From NCBI GenBank assembly GCA_965198175.1, contig OZ240245.1, forward strand, positions 4,860,404 through 4,924,403: DNA of 64,000 nt, read 5' to 3'. Both the position numbers and the translations under genes were made by a program. The stretch's first letter is position 1. Every line of letters starts with the position of its first letter. This stretch comes from Candidatus Poribacteria bacterium (GTDB lineage Bacteria; Poribacteria; WGA-4E; PCPOR2b). This document shows positions 58,389 through 64,000 of the stretch, piece by piece. The notes under the pieces are model-generated. The model saw only the letters and a list, made by a program, of their open reading frames with translations. It did not search any database and had not been told where the DNA came from.

Positions 58389-59638
58389 CACGGCAATTGC
58401 ATCTGAATTTTGGATTTGACATGAGAGGAAATTAGGATACGCTTGTGTAAAATCTTCTAAGGAGGAGTTCACATGTCTAATACCCCGATTCCCTCAATTT
58501 CAGCCCATTTTGCCTCATTGCCAGCACCCAGAGGAGTTGCTTCTCGCACACCCCATAGATTGCTTGATATTATTGTCATTACTATCTGCGCCGTTACTTG
58601 CGGTGCCGATAGTTGGGTGGCAGTTGAAGCATTTGGTCGAGCTAAATGCAACTGGCTAGCAACGTTCTTAGAATTACCGGAAGGCATATCATCGCATGAT
58701 ACATTTGGTCGTATGTTTGCTGCCATTGACGCGACAAAATTCGAGCAGTGTTTCACCCACTGGATTTGTAGCGCCATTGAGATGACTCAAGGCCAAGTGA
58801 TTGCGGTAGATGGAAAACAAGTGCGTCGTTCCTATGGTACCCGTGACAACAAAGCAGCCATTCATCTAGTCAGTGCTTGAGCATGTCACCAAGGCGTAGC
58901 ACTAGGTCAAGTCAAAGTTGCAGACAAATCCAACGAGATTCCCGCCATGCCTCAGTTGCTTGAAATATTGGACGTGTCCGGGTGCATTGTTACTATTGAT
59001 GAGATGGGGTGTCAAACTGAAATTGCGCAAAAGATTGTTGATTCAGATGCTGATTACGTTTTCGCACTCAAAGCCAATCAAGGGCAGTTGTACGAGGACG
59101 TTCAACTCCTCTCATCTCAAATGAAGCGTTAACTGATGTTGAAGTCGATTTGACTCAAACTATTGATGGCGACCATGGTCGAATAGAAACCCGAAGCGCT
59201 TGGGCAATTGCTGACCTTGGCGTAAATTCCGCTCTCAGAGGCAGTGAGAACTTTGTTAATCTCAACTCAATCATCAAAGTCACCGCCGATCGAGAAATCA
59301 ACCAACAGTTGACCACGGAGTCTCGCTACTACATTTCTTCACTACTGGGAGATGCAGCACGGTTGCTTGACTTGAAGCCACTAGGAATCACTGGGGAATT
59401 GAGAACTCCTGTCATTGGGTGTTAGACGTCGCCTTACGTGAGGATGCGTCTCGAATTCGTAAAGACAATGCCGGTGAGAACTTCGCCATTGTCCGACGCA
59501 CTGCCTTCAATCTGCTCAAAGCTGAAAAATCAGCCCAACTTGGTGTTGCAAACAAACGACTCAAAGCCGCATGGGACAACAATTACTTGATTACCGTCCT
59601 AGCACTCTCTTCTGAACAAATTAGATGCAATTGCCCTG
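58389..59638 (+). mobile_element. ISAs1-family insertion sequence (1250 bp)
   Basis: Terminal IRs CACGGCAATTGCATCTGAATTT and AAATTAGATGCAATTGCCCTG; 10-bp direct repeat TGTTCACCTC at 58379-58388 and 59639-59648. Confidence 0.93.
58473..59638 (+). pseudogene. ISAs1 transposase, inactivated
   Basis: SHDTFGR, AVDGK, KSNEI, LKANQ, HGRIETR and RNHWGIEN..HWVLDV..RED motifs; in-frame TGA at 58878-58880 in place of Trp, plus frameshifts near 59120 and 59370. Confidence 0.92.
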
Positions 59639-59736
59639 TGTTCACCTCTCCTTACGCTTGACAATAGATGACACGATTGATATAATCTCGCCTCAGGCTC
59701 GATGCAGGCTTAAACGCACTAACTACCGTAAAAGGG

Positions 59737-61548
59737 ATGCGGAGAATGGAAGGAAGAAAGAGAAGGAAATTAGGAAAGGGCGAGACGAAAGGGAGGGGAA
59801 GTTTCGATACAGCCGTGCTTCCTGAATCCAAGGAACAGAAGGACGAGAAACAAGAGCATCTGTTTGATGCCTTACGCACCGCGTGGTACACACTGCAAAA
59901 CTCGAAGTATGTAACTAGCGCTCTGGTCTTCTGGTGTTCCGTGCTTCCAGCGTGCGCGGAATTACTCTTCAGTGAGGTCACGGTACAAGCCGGCATTCAT
60001 TTTAGGCATGAAGATGTGCGTAGCGGAGCGAAGTATTATGTCGAGCCCATCGGAGCTGGTGCCGCATGGATTGATTACGATCAAGATGCAGATATAGACA
60101 TCTATTTTGTAAACGGGGCGGACCTTCCCGGCATGCGCTCCGATGTGCCACCAACAAACGCACTTTATCGCAATAACGGCGATGGTACCTTCACAGATGT
60201 AACAGTTCAGGCGGGAGTGGGCGATGAAAGTTACGGCTTCAGTTGCGCTGTCGGAGACTACGATAATGATGGTTTCCCGGATCTTTATGTCGCGAATTTT
60301 GGGCCAAATGTACTCTATCACAACAACCGCGATGGCACCTTCACAGACGTAACAGCCCAGGCGGGGGGGGGTGATGCGTTGTGGGGGGCTTCCGCTGCTT
60401 TCGCTGATTATGACAATGACAACGACTTGGATCTGTTTGTCGCAAATTATGTGGCGTTCCAATTAGAGAAAAATCGCCAGTGCGGTGAGTTCAACGTCCG
60501 GATTTATTGTTCGCCGAAGAACTTTGAGGGGACGCCGAGCGTGCTTTACCGAAACAATGGCGATAGTACATTTACGGATGTAACCCGCGAAGCCGGTGTG
60601 TTTAACCCAAACGGTAAAGGAATGGGAATCGTCTGGTGCGATTACGATAACGACTATGACCTCGACCTGTTTGTCGCAAACGATTTAGAACCGGACTGGC
60701 TTTATCAGAATCATGGTGACGGTATGTTCACTGAGGTCGCGTTATTCAGCGGGGTCGCAGTTGACGAAATGGGTAGTGCATATAGCAGCATGGCTGCGGT
60801 CTTTGGCGATATCAATAACGACGGATGGTTCGATCTCGTCGTTACGAATTTCAGTGGCGAACCTAACGCGGTCTACCTAAGCGAACAAAATGGGCTCTTT
60901 GCAGACATCACGTATCGTTCAGGAATCGGCGCCTCAACGCTCATGCGGCTCTCCTGGGGCGCGGATTTCGCAGACTTTGACAACAACGGATACATAGACC
61001 TCTTTATCGCTGCCGGAGACCTTAACGAAAACGTCCATCTCATCAATCCGAACCTCACTTATGCGCAGCAAAATCAACTCTTCAGGAACCGGGGCGATAG
61101 CACGTTCGAGGATGTTTCCAATCAGTCGGGCGAAGGGCTACTTTTGAAGAAGGTGAGCCGCGGAGCAGCTTTTGGAGATTATGATAATGACGGCGACATT
61201 GATGTCTTGGTTACTAACTGTCATCAGACGCCCGATCTGCTGCGAAATGATACCGTCCATCTGAACCACTGGCTCTCCTTCACAACAGTCGGCGTTCAAA
61301 GCAACCGCGATGGTATTGGGACCCGCATTAAGGTCGTGGCTGACGGTAAATCACAAATCAAAGAAGTCAAGAGTGGGGGAAGTTACCCCTCGCATAGCGA
61401 CATGCGATTACACTTTGGCCTCGGTGGGTACGATAGAGCAGATTTGGTAGAGATTCGCTGGCCCAGCGGAACCGTAGAGCGATTTGAAAATATCCAAGGG
61501 GATCGATTTTTAATCGCGACAGAAGGGACGGGTTTGAGGGAACAATAA
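59737..61548 (+). CDS. CRTAC1 family FG-GAP repeat/ASPIC-UnbV protein
   Basis: Repeated DYDNDG..DL and NNGDGTFTDVT motifs; C-terminal NRDGIGTRI...LHFGLG...IRWPSG; true start uncertain. Confidence 0.93.
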   Translation: MRRMEGRKRRKLGKGETKGRGSFDTAVLPESKEQKDEKQEHLFDALRTAWYTLQNSKYVTSALVFWCSVLPACAELLFSEVTVQAGIHFRHEDVRSGAKYYVEPIGAGAAWIDYDQDADIDIYFVNGADLPGMRSDVPPTNALYRNNGDGTFTDVTVQAGVGDESYGFSCAVGDYDNDGFPDLYVANFGPNVLYHNNRDGTFTDVTAQAGGGDALWGASAAFADYDNDNDLDLFVANYVAFQLEKNRQCGEFNVRIYCSPKNFEGTPSVLYRNNGDSTFTDVTREAGVFNPNGKGMGIVWCDYDNDYDLDLFVANDLEPDWLYQNHGDGMFTEVALFSGVAVDEMGSAYSSMAAVFGDINNDGWFDLVVTNFSGEPNAVYLSEQNGLFADITYRSGIGASTLMRLSWGADFADFDNNGYIDLFIAAGDLNENVHLINPNLTYAQQNQLFRNRGDSTFEDVSNQSGEGLLLKKVSRGAAFGDYDNDGDIDVLVTNCHQTPDLLRNDTVHLNHWLSFTTVGVQSNRDGIGTRIKVVADGKSQIKEVKSGGSYPSHSDMRLHFGLGGYDRADLVEIRWPSGTVERFENIQGDRFLIATEGTGLREQ

Positions 61549-61561
61549 CCCTTCGGAAGGC

Positions 61562-61972
61562 TCACACCTTCGCTTCTAAAATCTCAATCATCTCGAATAC
61601 GAGGCCGTTGGGGGAGCGGAAAAAGGCAACGCGGCGTGACCCATACCCGCCACTGACCTGTTTTGGCTGGATAAGTACTTCTGCACCGAGTCCCATAATC
61701 TGTTCGTACGCTTCAGCGAGGTCATCAACCTCGAACACGATATGGGTCAACCCTGGGGTGAGTTGATGGTTGAGCTTGTGTTCGAAAACCGGTTCCTCAA
61801 CCAAAAAAGCACGGGTCCCACCAAACTCTAACAAAGCGGTCTCATATTTTTCCCCATCTGGTTTTGAGCGGGTTTCACGATACCGGAATTTGGCACCCAT
61901 CGCTTCCAAAAAACCGATTTCCGCATCCAGGTCGTCAATTTTCAAGCCAATGTTCCAAAGCTTGGGACTCAC
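61562..61972 (-). CDS. VOC/glyoxalase family protein
   Basis: THIVFEVDDL and AFFRSPNGLVFEMIE motifs; GTG start overlaps the upstream stop. Confidence 0.88.
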   Translation of the reverse strand: MSPKLWNIGLKIDDLDAEIGFLEAMGAKFRYRETRSKPDGEKYETALLEFGGTRAFLVEEPVFEHKLNHQLTPGLTHIVFEVDDLAEAYEQIMGLGAEVLIQPKQVSGGYGSRRVAFFRSPNGLVFEMIEILEAKV

Positions 61973-62466
61973 GATTTTCCCTCTTCCCCGATTAGTGGCG
62001 TTAGCTGAGTGTAACCTCCGCTGTAAAAGATAAGCGGCTCACCATCCCGCGCCTCGCCGGCAACAGGATCTCCGAGGAACATGTCGTGATCGCCGCCCGA
62101 TAGAATCTCAACGAGCCGGCAATCCACGAATGCGAGTGCATTAACCAAAATCGGCGCCCCGGTCTTCGCTACGGTTAGTGACAAGCCGGAAAAGTCTTTC
62201 GGGCCCGGCATTGCAAACTGGCGAGAGGTAGCCTCCTGATCCGCCCGCAGCACATTAATCGCGAAGCATTTCCCCTGCAACAGAGATTCATGCATGTGAT
62301 TCAGTTTGTCAACGGAAACGACGATCCGCGGCGGATTCAGCGACAAAGACATAATTGCGTTCGCCGTCATGCCGGTGATGTGGTTGCCGCACCGCGTTGT
62401 CACCACCGTGACACCTGTTGCAAAGCAGCCCATGATTTGCCGCTGCAACTTCGGATCGAACACCAT
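61969..62466 (-). CDS. Flavin reductase (HpaC/DszD-like)
   Basis: FATGVTVVT, GMTANA..SLSLNPP, GGDH and PLIFYSGGY motifs. Confidence 0.93.
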   Translation of the reverse strand: MVFDPKLQRQIMGCFATGVTVVTTRCGNHITGMTANAIMSLSLNPPRIVVSVDKLNHMHESLLQGKCFAINVLRADQEATSRQFAMPGPKDFSGLSLTVAKTGAPILVNALAFVDCRLVEILSGGDHDMFLGDPVAGEARDGEPLIFYSGGYTQLTPLIGEEGKS

Positions 62467-62611
62467 CCTAAACACCTCCTTGACTAGGGTTCATGGCGAT
62501 TTAGGTTTAGGATTGAGCTTTCCAAGTTGATGCATCTCCTTCGATTCTGAAGCGCCATTCGGAGAGATACGGTGAGACTAATCAAACGATTCAAACGGCA
62601 AGAAAATGGTT

Positions 62612-63688
62612 TTAGACCGATGGCAATGCGGGTACGACGTCATTCGCCAGCAACTTCATGGAGCGCAACCATCTCGCTTTGTCGTCCCAGTCGTGGGCAA
62701 TCATCAGCAGCGTGCCAAAACCACCGGTCACTTCCCACAAGTCTTCCAATTGACGGACGCATTCCTCTACATCACCGATAATGCAAAGGTTCTTCAGGAC
62801 GTATTCCGGTGTTACCTCGTCATCGGACATGTCTGGATGCAGTTTCATAATGTCTAGCAGGTTTGCCGCTTTGACGATCTTGATCATGTAGGCCCATGAA
62901 CGTCCGAATGTGCTGTTCACAGCAAAGTCCCAGGCATCCTTATTTGATTCACCGACGAAGATGCTGCGCGACACTCCCCACATTGATCGGTCGGGGGTTG
63001 GTCGACCGGCTCCTTCGGCGCCAGCGCCGTACGTTTGCCAATGTTGAGCAACCGTAGCCGCCGGCACGACATTCGTGCTCACCGGCATATAACCGCGTTC
63101 ACCCGCGGTTCGGGCTCCCATGGACGTCCCCTTAACTACGCTCATCGCGATTGGCGGGTGAGGTTTCTGATACGGCTTGAGCATTGGTCCTAGGGCAACA
63201 TCCGGATTCGGATTTTCGATTCGAATGCGCCAGAATTGTCCCTTGAAGTCGAACGGAGCCTCGGATTGCCACAACTTCAGGACCATATCAATCCCTTCAA
63301 GAGTCATCAGTCCTTGCGTTCTTGGGTCCGGCAAATCGAATAACTCCCAATCGGTCGGCACGCCGCTTTGGCCAAACCCGCAATTTAGACGACCGCGGGC
63401 TAGGTGATCTAGGTATGCGATACGAACAGCAACATTGACAGGATGATGATGAGGAACAATCACCACGCCCGGGCCGAAACGAATGTTCTTCGTTAGTGGT
63501 AACACGTGGGCTATGAACATGTCGTTCGCCGGAATAGGTTCCCAAGCAGCCGAGTGGTGCTGACCGACCCAGGCATCAGTGAAACCCAGCTCGTCGGCAC
63601 GAACAACCAATTCGATATCTTCCTCGAAACATTCAGTCCGGTCTTTTTCCGGTGGATGTAGCGGCATCATAAATACGCCCAATTTCAT
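62612..63688 (-). CDS. Luciferase-like (LLM class) flavin-dependent monooxygenase
   Basis: FMMPLHP, ADELGF, GQHH, HHPV..A...AYLDHL.RGR, PYQKPHPPI and GGFGTLL motifs. Confidence 0.92.
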   Translation of the reverse strand: MKLGVFMMPLHPPEKDRTECFEEDIELVVRADELGFTDAWVGQHHSAAWEPIPANDMFIAHVLPLTKNIRFGPGVVIVPHHHPVNVAVRIAYLDHLARGRLNCGFGQSGVPTDWELFDLPDPRTQGLMTLEGIDMVLKLWQSEAPFDFKGQFWRIRIENPNPDVALGPMLKPYQKPHPPIAMSVVKGTSMGARTAGERGYMPVSTNVVPAATVAQHWQTYGAGAEGAGRPTPDRSMWGVSRSIFVGESNKDAWDFAVNSTFGRSWAYMIKIVKAANLLDIMKLHPDMSDDEVTPEYVLKNLCIIGDVEECVRQLEDLWEVTGGFGTLLMIAHDWDDKARWLRSMKLLANDVVPALPSV

Positions 63689-63736
63689 CGCAGTACCTCC
63701 CATAGCTTAACGCTTGGCGTTTCCCTTTAATGAGGG

Positions 63737-64000
63737 CTACTCTGACGTTTCAATTATAAGACTTAATAGTGCGGAACTCAGCGCCTTTCCACAAACATCG
63801 AACGAGAGAGTTCGGGTGGATCCGCCGTCCAGCGCCTGATGTAGTACAAAGTTGAGCGCGCCCATCCGAGGCAGTTCGTATCTCTCCACCTCACCTTTCA
63901 CAGTTCCTTTGAAAAACACCTTGACCCGCTCCGCGGTTACTTCTCTCTTTATCAACTCATAGTCTTGCTTATCATACACGATAAGTCCGATGTTGGCAGT
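63737..64000 (-). CDS. AtuA C-terminal domain-like protein, second copy (5' end outside the window)
   Basis: TANIGLIVYDKQDYELIKREVTAERV...ALDGGSTRTL, nearly identical to the 30594-30920 protein. Confidence 0.85.
   Translation of the reverse strand, partial: TANIGLIVYDKQDYELIKREVTAERVKVFFKGTVKGEVERYELPRMGALNFVLHQALDGGSTRTLSFDVCGKALSSALLSLIIETSE

Noticed and set aside
57867..58435. ORFs 57867-58241 (-) and 58229-58435 (+)
   Set aside because: No motifs, and they overlap the GH gene or the IS end; probably spurious or decayed.
58878..58880. In-frame TGA at a Trp position, suggesting recoding or an alternative genetic code
   Set aside because: The same gene has frameshifts, and many intact genes here end in TGA, so this is a nonsense mutation.
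1..64000. CRISPR array, rRNA or tRNA genes
   Set aside because: I saw no regularly spaced repeat-spacer units, cas genes, cloverleaf or rRNA signatures; the repeats found are dispersed single palindromes.

Overview
Gene-dense bacterial chromosomal window of roughly 50% GC. Several features suggest a Candidatus Poribacteria-like host (inference only): a WD40 protein with an 'LPEGAKARLGKG' N-terminus, a C-terminal 'AVNPRGKHIATWAQIK' tail, tandem PhyH dioxygenases and an FG-GAP/ASPIC protein. From left to right the window holds the 5' part of an E. coli-type complex I operon (nuoA-B-CD-E-F-G, minus strand), a catabolic FAH/PLP-enzyme pair, repeat proteins (WD40, HEAT/PDZ, TolB-like, CRTAC1), Moco-related genes, a Ski2-like helicase, ftsH-folP-acpS plus a PorV/FadL-like barrel, rnhB-yraN, a TonB-dependent receptor, a decayed ISAs1 element with intact ends and a 10-bp target duplication, and a flavin monooxygenase cluster. 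Three families of small intergenic palindromic repeats are present. I found no rRNA, tRNA or CRISPR array. Two candidates stand out as possibly undescribed. (1) In a tandem PhyH pair, one copy has the halogenase-type HxA iron motif instead of HxD. (2) A glycine-cleavage-H-like protein lacking the lipoyl-lysine is probably co-transcribed with an ADP-ribosylglycohydrolase. All product calls come from motif recognition by eye; no database searches were run.
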